Shown: piece after piece, positions 10,018-22,880 of the stretch
How positions within the stretch are numbered: position 1 is the first letter of the stretch
How the letters are laid out: each line of letters starts with the position of its first letter
NCBI GenBank assembly: GCA_051530055.1
Contig: CM121342.1
Span: 1,956,797-2,020,796 of the forward strand
Direction: 5' to 3'
Origin: Neoechinorhynchus agilis
Lineage: Eukaryota; Animalia; Acanthocephala
DNA: 64,000 nucleotides
Position numbers and translations under genes: made by a program
Notes under the pieces: model-generated
Told to the model about the DNA's origin: nothing
Databases searched by the model: none
Seen by the model: the letters and a program-made list of their open reading frames with translations, nothing else

Positions 10018-13000
10018 ATGCGCACTTTGATTCGAGTCGTATTTGTACTCCTCTTCCCGCAAATTCTGTCTGGTAACAACGTCTTTTTTAATCTTTAAAT
10101 ATTATAATTAACCAAATTTAGAGCGCATTGATAGCTATGTAACCACGGATGGAATCGAATTCGAAGGAATTATTCCTAGTGCTAATAAATCTGCGAAAAT
10201 ATTTAATCGGACCATGGAAAACAGTTCCCTCAACAACGAGCCAATTAGCGAGCAAGAATTGATCCCAAGTGCGGAGGCGAACGAGAGCGGCCAATCACGA
10301 AATAATGAAGAATACCCAAAGAAAGGACATGAATTAATCGCTGGACAGGGATTGGGGGACGAAACATCATCTCAAGATGAAGGATTAGATGATAATAATG
10401 CAGATAAATCTGAATTACCCTTGACAAAACAGAACTCAATCAATGACTTATATTCAACTAAGAGTCTTTTATATTCCACAGCAGCGAAGCATGCATTAAC
10501 GAATAATACGGAATATTTAATGCCTGAATCTTTCGCCAGCGATTCGGTTATAAATTTTAGAGGTATTGAAAGCGATACTTACTCAGATGTAGTGGATACA
10601 ATTGAAGAAGAGCAAATGTATTCTACTATGCTTGACGAAGTTGAAATTTCGAACGATTTATATCAGCAGACATCATCTGAAAAAACAAATGATTTTGTTA
10701 GTCAATACGATGGCGTCTCTAACAATGAGGTAGGAAATTTTTATTCAAACAATATAGAGCCTACAACTACATCGAATTTTCATGGAGTCAGTGAAGTTGT
10801 TACTGAAGAAAGTGATAGCGCTATAATAGAAAATATTTTTCATGGCACCGAAATCGATCAAGCCCCTCAAATAATGGAAAATTTGACTTCAATTCACGTC
10901 GAAAGTGGAAACGAAAATTTGAGTGAAAACGTCGAGGAAAATCTTTCAGCGGAAAACGGATTCCATGGAACCACATTTCAAAATCGCATAGATGATTCCA
11001 TTGAAGAAAATTTTCAAGGCTCCACAAAACCTGCACAAGAAACGGATAAAATTCAGGATCAACTTTCGTCTCATGCAGATAAGATTTCGACAGATCACTT
11101 GCTCGCAATTCAGGAGAGCTATTCGACTGAAGGGGCAACTTCTAACAATGAATACACAGAAAATGAGCAATCTATAATGATCAGAAATTATTCATCAATA
11201 AAAGTACCGGAGAGTGAGCAATCCGCCACAAATTTGAATACAGAGACATACTGGAGAACCAGGGAAGGCGAAATGGGAATGGCAATGCTGACTTGGAATG
11301 ACTTCGATCGCATCAATTTAACGAGTAGTGAAGAACCGTTAGATATGGGAACTATATCTGTTTCTGGCGGTGATCTATGGGCAAGAGCGAAGGAAACGAA
11401 CGATAGAAGCACGTTTCTAGTAAACGAGACAGTTCAACGTACAGAAGGATTTGAAGATTTACTTGGAGATGAAGATGAATCTAAAGATTCGATATCATTT
11501 TCTATCAACGATGATTTTGGGACAGAGGAATTGACAGCAACTCGACATACTGAAGTCTTCAGTGGCCCTGAGACTTCTGAACAAATTTTACTTAATATGC
11601 CTACACTCGGTGAAGGGGTGGGTGGATATTCAAGTAATAGAAATGAATCTCTTAAGACAAATAAGTCCACGGCAATCAAGGAGGAGATAATTTTCGGTCA
11701 TTTGGGAGAGATTAACGATATTGCAGACTCTGGAGTTGTAGAAAAAAGGCGAGACTTGTCCTCTACAAGCGTAAATTCAATACAAAATGACACTTTAGCA
11801 AATACATCGAACAATGTTTCAGAAGACAACTCATTTGTACCCGAGACATCAAGTTGGCCTAAAGCGGAGGAAATTTCAAGTACCTTGTTGAGTGGTACCC
11901 ATTTCAACAAAAACGAATCTGGCACACAATCTCAAGATAAAGGTTTCTTTGAGGCAAAATTTCACAGGGAAATTAGAGAAATTACCCCTGAAGAAGTTTA
12001 CGATGCTATTTCGAGAACTGATGAAGCATCGCGGATCAAAATGGCGGAACATTTCATCGGCACTCAAAAAGAAGAAAAAAATGTATTGAATAGTTCTAAA
12101 GATAATTTGACAACGTTAAACAACATCACCGCAGTAAATTCAGAATTTACACCCGAGCAGAAGTCTACAAATCAAACTGGGCTGAGTACGTATCAACTTT
12201 CGGAACCAAACGCAACCAATAATACTGTGGTAGGAGGCGGAATATTAAATAATAGCATCGAATCCGTGGAATCGACGACTAAGTCTGGTAAGGGGAACTT
12301 GAATGAGACATTTATTACAATGGGCGCAAGTATTGGTGAAACTACGTTGAGTGCCAAATTGCTTCAACTTTCGTCGGAGTCAATGATTGCGTTCAAAATA
12401 CAAAAACAAGTTAATCGCAGTTCAGCTACTAACCAGAACTTATCGGAGATTTTCCTTCAACCCACTGACAATGAGTCGGTTCAACTGCCGGTTGAGCATC
12501 CGGTTTTCGAACATGCTACAAGTTTAATTTTAAAGTCCACTTCGACAAATCTAACTACTGTAGCAGAGCAAGACGACAAACAAAGATTTGCATTAATTAG
12601 TAGAAAAAGGAAATCAGCAGGTGCAATGAGCAACATTTCAACACACGATAATGGGCTACCTGTTTCAACCTTAAGTGATTCAAATCTTGAACGTAACGCA
12701 GATTCCCATAAAAATGAATTTACATCGCCGTTGAAGGTAGAAGAGAAAGATCAAAGTGGGGAGAAATTTTCAGAAAACAATGGCACAAATATTCCGCAAA
12801 TTTCGAATGAGGATTTATTACATGCTCGAGGAATATACGTTGAAGGATCGGAAACCCTTATTTATGACGGAAAATCCACGACTTCTTTGCAAGATCATGG
12901 AAATTTTAGTTTTGAACAAAAGGATTCCGGCATGAAACATAGCTCGGATTCACACAAAAATGAATTTACACCGCAAATGGGTATAGATGAGGAAAGTCAA

Positions 13001-15571
13001 AATGAGGATATATTTTTAGAAGGCAATGGTACAAAGACTCAAAAAATTTCGAATAAGGATTTATTAAAAGCTACAGATATGCACATTGAAGGATCAGAAC
13101 CCTTTAAAATTGACAGAAACCCTACGACTTCTTTTCAAGATCGCGAAAATTTAAGTTTTGAAGCAAAGGATTCCGTTATAAAAAATTCCATGGAGTCACA
13201 CGGAAGTGAAATTACGTCGCAATTGAATGTAGAAAAGGAATATCAAAGTGTGCAGATATATTCAGAAAACTATGGCACAGATATCTTAGAAATTTCAAAT
13301 GATGATTTATTAAATGCTCGCGGAATACACGTTGAACGATCGGAAACCCCTATAATTGGCGGAAAAACCACGAGTTCTTTGCACGATCACAGAAATTTTA
13401 GTGTCGAAGCAAAGGATTCCGGTATAAAACATAGTATGGATTCACACAAAACTGAATTTACATCGCCGTTGAAGGTAGAAGAGGAAGATCAAAGTGGGGA
13501 GAAATTTCCAGAAAACAATGGAACAAATATTCCGCCAATTTCGAATGAGGATTTATTACATGCTCGAGGAATATACGTTGAAGGATCGGAAACCCTTATT
13601 TATGGCGGAAAATCCACGACTTCTTTGCAAGATCATGGAAATTTTAGTTTTGAACAAAAGGATTCCGGCATGAAACATAGCTCGGATTCACACAAAAATG
13701 AATTTACACCGCAAATGGGTATAGATGAGGAAAGTCAAAATGAGGATATATTTTTAGAAGGCAATGGTACAAAGACTCAAAAAATTTCGAATAAGGATTT
13801 ATTAAAAGCTACAGATATGCACATTGAAGGATCAGAACCCTTTAAAATTGACAGAAACCCTACGACTTCCTTTCAAGATCGCGAAAATTTAAGTTTTGAA
13901 GCAAAGGATTCCGTTATAAAAAATTCCACGGAGTCACACGGAAGTGAAATTACGTCGCAATTGAATGTAGAAAAGGAATATCAAAGTGTGGAGATATATT
14001 CAGAAAACTATGGCACAGATACATTAGAAATTTCAAATGATGATTTATTAAATGCTCGCGGAATACACGTTGAACGATCGGAAACCCCTATAATTGGCGG
14101 AAAAACCACGAGTTCTTTGCACGATCACAGAAATTTTAGTGTCGAAGCAAAGGATTCCGGTATAAAACATAGTATGGATTCACACAAAACTGAATTTACA
14201 TCGCCGTTGAAGGTAGAAGAGGAAGATCAAAGTGGGGAGAAATTTTCAGAAAACAATGGCACAAATATTCCGCAAATTTCGAATGAGGATTTATTACATG
14301 CTCGAGGAATATACGTTGAAGGATCGGAAACCCTTATTTATGACGGAAAATCCACGACTTCTTTGCAAGATCATGGAAATTTTAGTTTTGAACAAAAGGA
14401 TTCCGGCATGAAACATAGCTCGGATTCACACAAAAATGAATTTACACCGCAAATGGGTATAGATGAGGAAAGTCAAAATGAGGATATATTTTTAGAAGGC
14501 AATGGTACAAAGACTCAAAAAATTTCGAATAAGGATTTATTAAAAGCTACAGATATGCACATTGAAGGATCAGAACCCTTTAAAATTGACAGAAACCCTA
14601 CGACTTCTTTTCAAGATCGCGAAAATTTAAGTTTTGAAGCAAAGGATTCCGTTATAAAAAATTCCACGGAGTCACACGGAAGTGAAATTACGTCGCAATT
14701 GAATGTAGAAAAGGAATATCAAAGTGTGGAGATATATTCAGAAAACTATGGCACAGATATATTAGAAATTTCAAATGATGATTTATTAAATGCTCGCGGA
14801 ATACACGTTGAACGATCGGAAACCCCTATAATTGGCGGAAAAACCACGAGTTCTTTGCACGATCACAGAAATTTTAGTGTCGAAGCAAAGGATTCCGGTA
14901 TAAAATATAGTACGGATTCACACAAAACTGAATTTACATCACAAATTAGTAGGAACGTGCATATGAATATATTTTTAGAAGGGAATGGCACAAATACTCA
15001 AAAAATTTCAAATGAGGATTTATTAAAAGCTACAGAAAATAACATTGAAGGATCGGAACCCCTTAAAATTGATGGAAAAACTACGACTTCTTTGCAAGCT
15101 CACAACGGAAATTTTAATATCGAAGCAAAGGATTCTGTTATAAAAAATTTCACCGAGTCACACGGAAGTGAAATTACGTCGCAATCGAAGATAGAAGAGG
15201 AAGCTACAAATGAATATATATTTTTAGAAGGCAATGACGTAAATACTCAAACAGTTTTGATTGAGCAATCATTAAGTGATGGAGAAATACGAGTTGAAGG
15301 ATCGGAAACCCCTATAACTGAAGGAGAAACCGCGACTTCTTTACAAGATCACACAGATTCTAGTTTTGAAGCAAAGGATTCCGGTATGCAACAAAGTGAT
15401 GAACCACCAAAACGCAGATCTGTAAATGACAATTTATATGGAGAAGGAACAAACAAAAATGCAAAAGGCGGTACAATTAATATATTGGGAATCGTCCTTG
15501 GATTCATATCTGCTTTAATCGTGATCGTAATTGTCGTTGCTGCTCCAATTTATTTGCTTTATTATAGATAA
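10018..15571 (+). CDS. Giant acidic S/T/E/N-rich type I membrane (mucin-like surface) protein, ~1834 aa; exons 10018-10072 and 10122-15571
   Basis: Exon 1 (MRTLIRVVFVLLFPQILS) is signal-peptide-like and joins the 5.4-kb ORF in frame through a 49-nt GT-AG intron (10073-10121). There is a hydrophobic C-terminal TM (ILGIVLGFISALIVIVIVVAAPIYLLYY), many N-x-S/T sites and internal 82-aa repeats. Confidence 0.85.
12700..15400 (+). repeat. Coding tandem repeat: ~11 x 246-bp (82-aa) units, the first nine arranged as 3 x 738-bp higher-order repeats
   Basis: Units start at ~12703, 12949, 13195, 13441 and so on. Copies 738 bp apart are nearly identical, whereas adjacent 246-bp units are clearly diverged. 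Confidence 0.95.
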
Positions 15572-16625
15572 AGGCCTAATAAATTTAAGTTCATTCCAAT
15601 TTAATTTTCCACGCAAGACCTTGAACATTTTAGTTTGCAAGAGTTAATCTCAAACCACCGGCGTAGATAATGCATGCTTTGGTAATAGTTCGTCCGTTAC
15701 CATTTCTTCTGAAATGCCATTCATCGCAACGACGACATAATTCGCTTTCCTATATTTTGACGCCGTACTATTTTTACTGATTGAATCATATAAATCATTT
15801 AACTAAATCCGTCAAGGAGGCGTTTTTGGTTAAAAACTAAAAAAATTGATCGCTTTTCGTCAACCAGTTCGACCAATAAGATTCCTAAATGATTTTAATC
15901 ACAGAGCGTCAGATATTCGTTCGTGAACGAAAATAGTTGCACTATTGAATATTTTGAAAGTTTGTATTTTCGCGCTTGTAAAAATACAATGACTAAGTGC
16001 TTGTGTTGGCTTTCCTAAAAAAAGGTTCTGAAAATTTAAACGAAGATCGGTCAAGTTATAATTTCAAACACAATACGATTTAAAATTAAAAAATGTTGAT
16101 AGCAGCCTGAACCAGTGACGTTGATGTTCATCTTAATAATGATGATAATGCCCCATGTATTTCTGAAAATTTTAACATTAAAAAATCGTTTTGTTTTGCC
16201 ACGAGATCTTTTATAAAATACCAAGTATTCAAGATACCAAGGCGTTACTATAATAACCGAAGGGTCGCGGTCCAAACGAAAATATCTGTTTCGATCAACA
16301 CTGCCGTTCAGTTTCGAATGAATACATCAATACCAATACAGCCACGTAACCCACAAAAACATACAAACACGCGATAACTGATAAATCGATCACCCCACCT
16401 GCCACAGTGATTATCTCTGTCTAACTACGAATAAATGAATTCGTTGACGTGAAAAGCGTTTTAATTCGAACACAATTTATCTCCCTCTTATAAATTTAAA
16501 TGTTTTTAAGATAATCGATAAATACTCACTTTGAAATATTCCATTTGCTTCATATCACATCAGAATCAAAGTACAACCAAAAATTTGTGTGAAAAGTATA
16601 TTTCCAGTCATTTTAGAATATCGAA

Positions 16626-18671
16626 ATGCGAGAAAATCCAAACAGTTCAAAAAATCCATCTCGAACCGCTTACGCTGCCCAGGATGCGGTTCAGTCAGCA
16701 AATCAATATCCTGCTCACATCGAAAGCGCAACGCTGCAGCGACCCTCACTGCCTAGAATGCACCACAATCCACAAGTTCGACAAGATTATGAGCAAAGAC
16801 AACAAGCACCAACTTTTCAAAACCTACCATGGCAAATGCTCTCACAGTTTCGGCATCCAACAACTCAAATGAACACTGAACAAATTCCCCCCGCTGTAGA
16901 ATACAACCAGCAACAAATGCAGCATTTAAGAGCTCAGCATTTTCCTGCCGGTACGTCACGCTTCGTTAACAACCAACCGGTGAGTTTTCACCATTCCGGA
17001 GCAATTTCTCAAGCCGGAAATCAGTTCGGTGCCGAAATTCAAGCCCAGGGCCATCACTTTCCGAGGCGACCAGTTTCAGCCCAAAATCGAATGGAAATAC
17101 AACCGCCAATTCATCATGCGATCTACCAACAATGTCCTCGAACGTCACCGTCAAATCTCGGATCGCAACAGCCAACGGTTCCTTATCAACAAATAATGAA
17201 CCAATATCACCCGAACTCTATGCATGGAAGCGTCATAATCTCTAGTCCACTGCAACCATTTCAGCAAGCACCTTGCCATCCGCCTTTGCAAATCTTAAAA
17301 GCAGACTTAGATATTCCTACTGGACAATTGCCATCCGTAAGAGCGAATTTGATGTCTGTGTCGTGTCAACCGCATCAAGCAATGTTTACTAAAAATCAGC
17401 TGCCAGGTGGTTACGTTGAAAGTCAAGTTGCAAACATGCATTTTATAGCGGAACCCGGAATCGCAGTCTCAGTCGACAATCAGCATCAACAGGCAGTAGA
17501 ACAGAATCCGATAATAAACACACAGTCTTACGATCCACGCTTGCTTAAAATCAACCAAGAACCTCGCCGAGATATCTCTGAACATCAATCGCTACAAACC
17601 TCTAGCAAAAGGCAGCCACATAGCACAGTGCACATTCCGAATAATCCACTGGGGCCCAAAGATGCCATCGAAGCTCAAGCACCAGCCAATCAAATGACTC
17701 CACAGATTTGTAATGCCTTGGAAAGCGAGTTCCAAATTCATCCATCGAAATTCGAAGAAAAGTGCAACGCAGATAGGAAGCCGAAAGCGAACAAGGAGTC
17801 CCATAATGGAAAATCTTCCAAAACGAAGGTTCTGAATGCTGCATTAAACTCTACTGAGATGCTTGGGATAGATGTAGATTTTCTTGGAGGAGAGCACGGG
17901 CCTACGTCGCTCTCTCAATATTTGGGAATCTCAACATCTTCTAAAGACTCGAGCTCATTTTTCTCTTCAACGGAATCACAAAGCAGTGAAATGTCCAAAT
18001 TTGGGACATTGGGCAAACCGAAGTCGGATAAAGAATTATGTCAATTAAAGAAATCAAAAAACAAATCCAAAGCTAAACGACCAAGAAAATTAGATTCTGA
18101 CTCTTCGAACTCCTTCGAACGCACAACGTCGCGGGGTCGAAAAATGAAAACTATTACAAGGAAAACCAAGGAATTTAAGAGAAGTAGTGACCATAGGAGA
18201 TCTAGAAAAGCCCAATCGGATTCTTCAGATATGTCCAATGATAGTTCATCCTACAGCAAAACATTACAAGGATCGAAGTTCGCGCTTTTCACGCATGAGG
18301 AACATTCAATACTTGAGAATCACAGATCAATTTTTAATGAAGAATTTCATTCACAGGTTGATTTTTTCAGCCAAGAGTTGGTTAGTAAGTTAAAATCTAA
18401 AGTGGATCGAGCGGAACAGCCGGAGATAAAAATCCTTGGTGTAAATTGCACCATTGAAGAATTCGGTGGAGATCAGTTTAAGAAAATTATTGGAGACGAG
18501 TACGATAAAAAAATTTTCGAATCGTGTGAATCTCTACACGACGTTATGAGATACAAAAAGTGCCTTGAACTTGGTCATTCTACGCAGTACGTCGATTCAA
18601 TCGAAGAAGCGGAGTCACTTATTGACCAGATGAATGCTCCTTTGACTGTAAAAGAGAAGCAGAAAAGATAG
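16626..18671 (+). CDS. 681-aa intronless orphan protein: Q/P-rich N-terminus, S/K-rich basic middle, acidic C-terminal domain
   Basis: 2-kb uninterrupted ORF in AT-rich DNA with low-complexity composition and KKSKNKSKAKRPRK-type basic clusters. No family recognised. Confidence 0.75.
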   Translation: MRENPNSSKNPSRTAYAAQDAVQSANQYPAHIESATLQRPSLPRMHHNPQVRQDYEQRQQAPTFQNLPWQMLSQFRHPTTQMNTEQIPPAVEYNQQQMQHLRAQHFPAGTSRFVNNQPVSFHHSGAISQAGNQFGAEIQAQGHHFPRRPVSAQNRMEIQPPIHHAIYQQCPRTSPSNLGSQQPTVPYQQIMNQYHPNSMHGSVIISSPLQPFQQAPCHPPLQILKADLDIPTGQLPSVRANLMSVSCQPHQAMFTKNQLPGGYVESQVANMHFIAEPGIAVSVDNQHQQAVEQNPIINTQSYDPRLLKINQEPRRDISEHQSLQTSSKRQPHSTVHIPNNPLGPKDAIEAQAPANQMTPQICNALESEFQIHPSKFEEKCNADRKPKANKESHNGKSSKTKVLNAALNSTEMLGIDVDFLGGEHGPTSLSQYLGISTSSKDSSSFFSSTESQSSEMSKFGTLGKPKSDKELCQLKKSKNKSKAKRPRKLDSDSSNSFERTTSRGRKMKTITRKTKEFKRSSDHRRSRKAQSDSSDMSNDSSSYSKTLQGSKFALFTHEEHSILENHRSIFNEEFHSQVDFFSQELVSKLKSKVDRAEQPEIKILGVNCTIEEFGGDQFKKIIGDEYDKKIFESCESLHDVMRYKKCLELGHSTQYVDSIEEAESLIDQMNAPLTVKEKQKR

Positions 18672-19739
18672 GTCGAGAAACAGAGAGCTAATACCGCTGT
18701 TTGTTTGAACATTAAACAGGAAATATTTTTAGCTGACAAATAAAAAATGGAAAATTTCGTTTCTTAATGTATTGGCTTCTTTATCGGCGAATTTAAACTG
18801 CCAACAATCACTCTTAAATTAAAAACTGGTTAATATCATAAATTGAGAGGTGCGATATTTCTTTATTGGTAAAAAACAAAGCAAGAAAAATTTTGTTTTA
18901 TTTTTCAGGTCGAGAGAAAGCTTCAGGTCCTAAATTCGTCAAGTATTAATGTTTGCTTAACACTTGCTATCTGCTTCGTAGCCATAAGCATTCGAATTTT
19001 ATAAGTTGGTGGAAATTATATTTACTATAAAATTAATACTCGGACGTTAAACGAACAACGTTTTTGACTTCAACGTAGTGATTTGGTTCCGCTAAAATTA
19101 AATAAAGCGGTCAATATTCGACTGTCATCTCTCAGTCCAGTCAACGTCCTCTTTCTCGCCAACGTCCCTTCTATCTCAGTCAACGTTCTCTAATCAATGA
19201 ACGGTGAACTAGAATCGGACAAGTATTTCACTCTTATTGATGTTGCACTAAAGAAATGCTTTGAGCGAGTTACTGAAACTCTAAAGGACTCGTTAATTGA
19301 AGTGATGAGCACAGTTAAGGGTATATTAGCGGAGGCTATTCAGTGCGAAATGAAATCTCTCAAAAGTGAACAGTTGATCGAAGTGAAAAAGTGCAAAAGA
19401 AAAAAAACTAACAGTTCAAAGAGGCAGACAAAGGTTTTATAGGGAATTCTAAGAAACTAGCTAAAGATTTACAGAAATCGGCTAGCGAACCGGTCACGAA
19501 AGAGAATACGGTTTTGGAAATAAATGCAAAAGTTCACAACAGATGGAATTCGATGCAGGAAGATGACATCGACGCCAAAATTTGCTTCAATTTCTCTTGC
19601 CTTTTTATTAACCTCTAAAACGCACGAAAAAACAGAATAATATATTTGAAATCTCTGTGTTGTTTTCAGCTCTCATGATTAATTTGTTTAGTATCTTTGC
19701 TGGGCAGGCATCCCACTGATCTGGTTCAGGGAAGTGATT

Positions 19740-20200
19740 GAATTAGCCGGCGTCATCGGGGAGCATCAACGGATTTTCTGGTGTTGCCGGTTGAAGCGGT
19801 CGCGGGATTTGACCAGATACCCCACAACGTGATTTGACGGACCATGAATGCGCAAAACCCCCAATTTCGTTATTGAAAAAGAGTCTAAACAAACGGGGCA
19901 TATACCTTTGGAGAGGCCTGATGTCCCTGTAGCGTTGGGCGTTTCCTCGGTATTTGATTGGTCCGAATACGTAGTTGGGCTTCCGTGGCTTGTTGCGTCA
20001 AATTGTATTATTGCAGCCTCAACGGGTCGTGACATCGCATAAGGATCGTGTGTTTGCCGTGAAAAATGAAATTGCTTGTCCCAAAGTAGAGCTTTGATGA
20101 ACAGAATTTAGGCCTGGTGTCCCGGTAGCGTTGGGTGTTTCCTCGGTATTTGAGTGGTCCGAATACGTAGTTGGGCTGTCGTACCAAGAATATTTCTATT
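19740..20200 (-). mobile_element. 5' part of a CRE-type element (N-terminal zinc finger) with an internal 67-bp direct repeat
   Basis: GICPVCLDSFSITKLGVLRIHGPSNHVVG resembles the N-terminal CxxC...HGP finger of animal CRE ORFs. 19915-19981 repeats at 20111-20177. Confidence 0.55.
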
Positions 20201-20761
20201 GAGCTCCTACGCTTTTGTCTTTGCGTCGATGGATATTAATTTTAGAAAATTCGACGAAGGAACTGAAGAAATGCTTTAGACGAAATATAAGCCACAAGCA
20301 TTTGGTTTTCTTGCCTTGAACAACATATTTCTCCATAGACTTTGTCATTCTTACCTTTATATTGTGAATAAGAATTGCATATATCGCTGCCTAAAAATAT
20401 ATTATCTTTGTCGTGTGTAATAAATGTATAACATTAAACAAAAAACTACTTCCGCTATCACCATTCTCCGAGTTGGGTCAACTAATTTACTTCCTAACTC
20501 GTCTTGAAGCTCACTTCGACAAAGTGTTCACCAATATCGAAGCCTACTCAACCGCCTGTAAACCCCCATCAAACGAAATCATTCGCATAAAAGATTTATG
20601 CACTGAATGCTTCGGTTTGATTCCCTCCCTTTTCCGCAGCCTCATACCCTACCCCAGTCTTCCAAATGACATTCTACGAGTCAATTCCCTCAGAATTGTG
20701 GGTCACCAATTTCAATTAAATCTGAAATGGGACTCGAACATTTCACTCTCCTTCAAACGAA

Positions 20762-21275
20762 ATACCTTTAAAAAATTACGTCGTCAAACGAATCCGACAT
20801 TTAGGAGTCCAATCGCCCGCCCTCTTCAAATTTTACTATAGCTTTATTTTACCTTAATTCACCTACGGTTATATAGTCTTTTGCAAACTAACCAATTCAT
20901 AAATCGCCTTGAAACATTTCAAAGAAGAACCCCTAAAATTTGACCAGTTGATTTCCCCCTCTCGCCAAATTCCTTTATAAGATTTTCAACAAACAATCAA
21001 AACGCCTCCCAACCCTACCACTACGATTTTTACCATATTTTATCCCCCTTTTCACACGAGCACAATACTCGCAATCCCAATTCCCGTTTTTCCTTTACCG
21101 CGTATCTGCTTTTACCTCTGCTTCTTTTTCATACTGGCAATCTTCTCGGATATCACAACCCGAAATGAACCTGAGGAAGGAACCAACCTGACAAACGTTT
21201 CTACAAACAATAAGCACCAACTTTCCCCCACTCGACCGGACTTGTAATCCCGTAAAAAATCAACAGGCGCATTCA
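20762..21275 (+). repeat. ~510-bp dispersed repeat, inverted partner of 32585-33067
   Basis: Near-identical reverse-complement match. The distal copy lacks ~30 bp (21128-21158). Contains a decayed hammerhead-like string CTGAGGAAGG...AAACGTTTC. Confidence 0.9.
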
Positions 21276-21292
21276 TTTATCCTATCAGAACT

Positions 21293-21680
21293 CAAGTGTT
21301 CACGAATACCCAAAGGTACATGGTTCTTTTTCTTAGTTCATTTATAAAACGTGTTGTTATTATTTGATTAAACATTCCGGCACGTTTTAATGAGAGATTA
21401 CACTTTGAATTGTATCTGCAATTTTTTAAATTACGGTTTGTACTTTGTAACTGATGCCCTCATTATATTTTTTGAAAGGTTCGTCAGTCAATGAATTTCG
21501 CGTTTTCGATTTGATGTTAGTCATTGCAGAAAATGAAGTTTCAAAAACGTAGGTACTTACAAACATTGTCAATACCTTTTCATGGCATCTCGATATTTGT
21601 CGAAATTCACCCGAAGAAATATATGTCATCCAGAACTCAATAACGTACCTTTGTGTTTCTCAGTGCAGTATTGGAAGGTG
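21293..21680 (-). mobile_element. hAT transposon 3' remnant (dimerisation domain plus end)
   Basis: FWMTYISSGEFRQISRCHEKVLTMFVSTYVFETSFSAMTNIKSKTRNSLTDE matches the hAT C-terminal F.STY.CE..FS.M..IKSK.R..LTDE pattern. Confidence 0.85.
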
Positions 21681-22101
21681 CGTAAAAATTGAATGATACA
21701 GCTGACTGATAAGTCCAGCTTTTTTCAAAAAACACTGATTTCCTTCAATAAAGTTCTATTAATTGATCATTCCCTTGCAATTTCAAATTTCATTTATTCA
21801 GGCGGTCCGTGATTTCAGTAAGAAATGCGAGTAAAACGATAAACATTGGTGTTTCTAGGTGAACAACAACTTCTTGGATTTCCCCGTGAGAAGAATTTTG
21901 TTTGTGAGAGCACGTTACCAAATACAGAAAGAAGAAGAAACACTATTTGGTAGCGAAAAATGATTTTTCTAGAAAAACAACCTCTGTTGGCTCGCGGGAC
22001 CCGCCGTAGTGGTACTTTTCTGTGTTCTGTTTTCCGTACGTGAAATGCGCAGGGGAGGACGAGGAGCCGATGGAAGCCAAATTTCCTCCATCTCCTGCTC
22101 G

Positions 22102-22174
22102 TGGAGCTGCCGGGTGTCGATCCCGGTGCCTCTCGCATGCAAAGCGAGCGCTCTACCAGCTGAGCTACAGCCCC
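22102..22174 (-). tRNA. trnA-UGC: tRNA-Ala (anticodon UGC)
   Basis: GGGGCTG TA GCTC AGCTGGTA GAGC G CTCGC TT-TGC-AT GCGAG AGGCA CCGGG ATCGACA CCCGG CAGCTCC A: full 73-nt cloverleaf with a eukaryotic Ala-type A54 T-loop. Confidence 0.95.
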
Positions 22175-22689
22175 GTGGGGACAGCCTAATCCGGCTAAAT
22201 TCCAACATCGTCTAACCGGACCAATAAACGCGACAGAGAATAAGAAACAGGAGTCATAAGTCGGCCTTGTTGCGCCGAAGTTTGTATAGCAAGCATTTTG
22301 TCTCGTTCCTGCTCTTCATCATCGTGACCCTGAAACACCAAGGTTTCGCGTGCGTCTTGTTTCCTCTGCCAAAATGCAACGATGGGATTTTACGTTAGCT
22401 TTTAAAATTAGATACTATTATTACATCAAGTGAAGACCACAAAACCAAGTCAGCGTTGTTTGGTTTAAATTACCAGATTATTAAAAACTGCAATTTTGCA
22501 ATTTATAAAACAAATGAACTGCGATAGGAATGGACACATTGTGAAGGACAAACAACATCAAAAAACGGAAGCGTGAAGGCAAGAATCCAGATTTCGATAT
22601 TTTCCTTAATAAATGGTTTGACATTGTTACTCGACGAGGTTTGCGAGTAAGCGGACCAATGAATGCAAAGCAGAAGAGGTAGCTAAAAT

Positions 22690-22880
22690 GTTGGATTTGC
22701 TAGAAGTAGTTATCGATCACGCACCTGAAGCATTTCGATATTTCGTTAATGCTTAATGCGAACTCAACACCCTTGTTGTTCAACAACCACGTTTGGTGGT
22801 CAGAAAGAGGAGTTCAACAAGGGTACCACTTGGGCCCAATGGCTTTCGCACTAGCAATCAATCGCGTCGCTTTGCGCCGG
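22690..22880 (+). mobile_element. CRE-type RT fragment
   Basis: EAFRYFVNA...STPLLFNNHVWWSERGVQQGYHLGPMAFALAIN (GVQQGDPLGP motif); similar to 46165-46220. Confidence 0.75.

Noticed and set aside
10245-12089. Multiple short antisense and alternative-frame ORFs within the giant gene (and within 16626-18671)
   Set aside because: Shadows of the long coding frames.
19197-19620. Short coiled-coil ORF with a second open frame after an A-run
   Set aside because: It needs a frameshift across a stop, has no splice signals that fix it and no recognisable family. Too weak to call.
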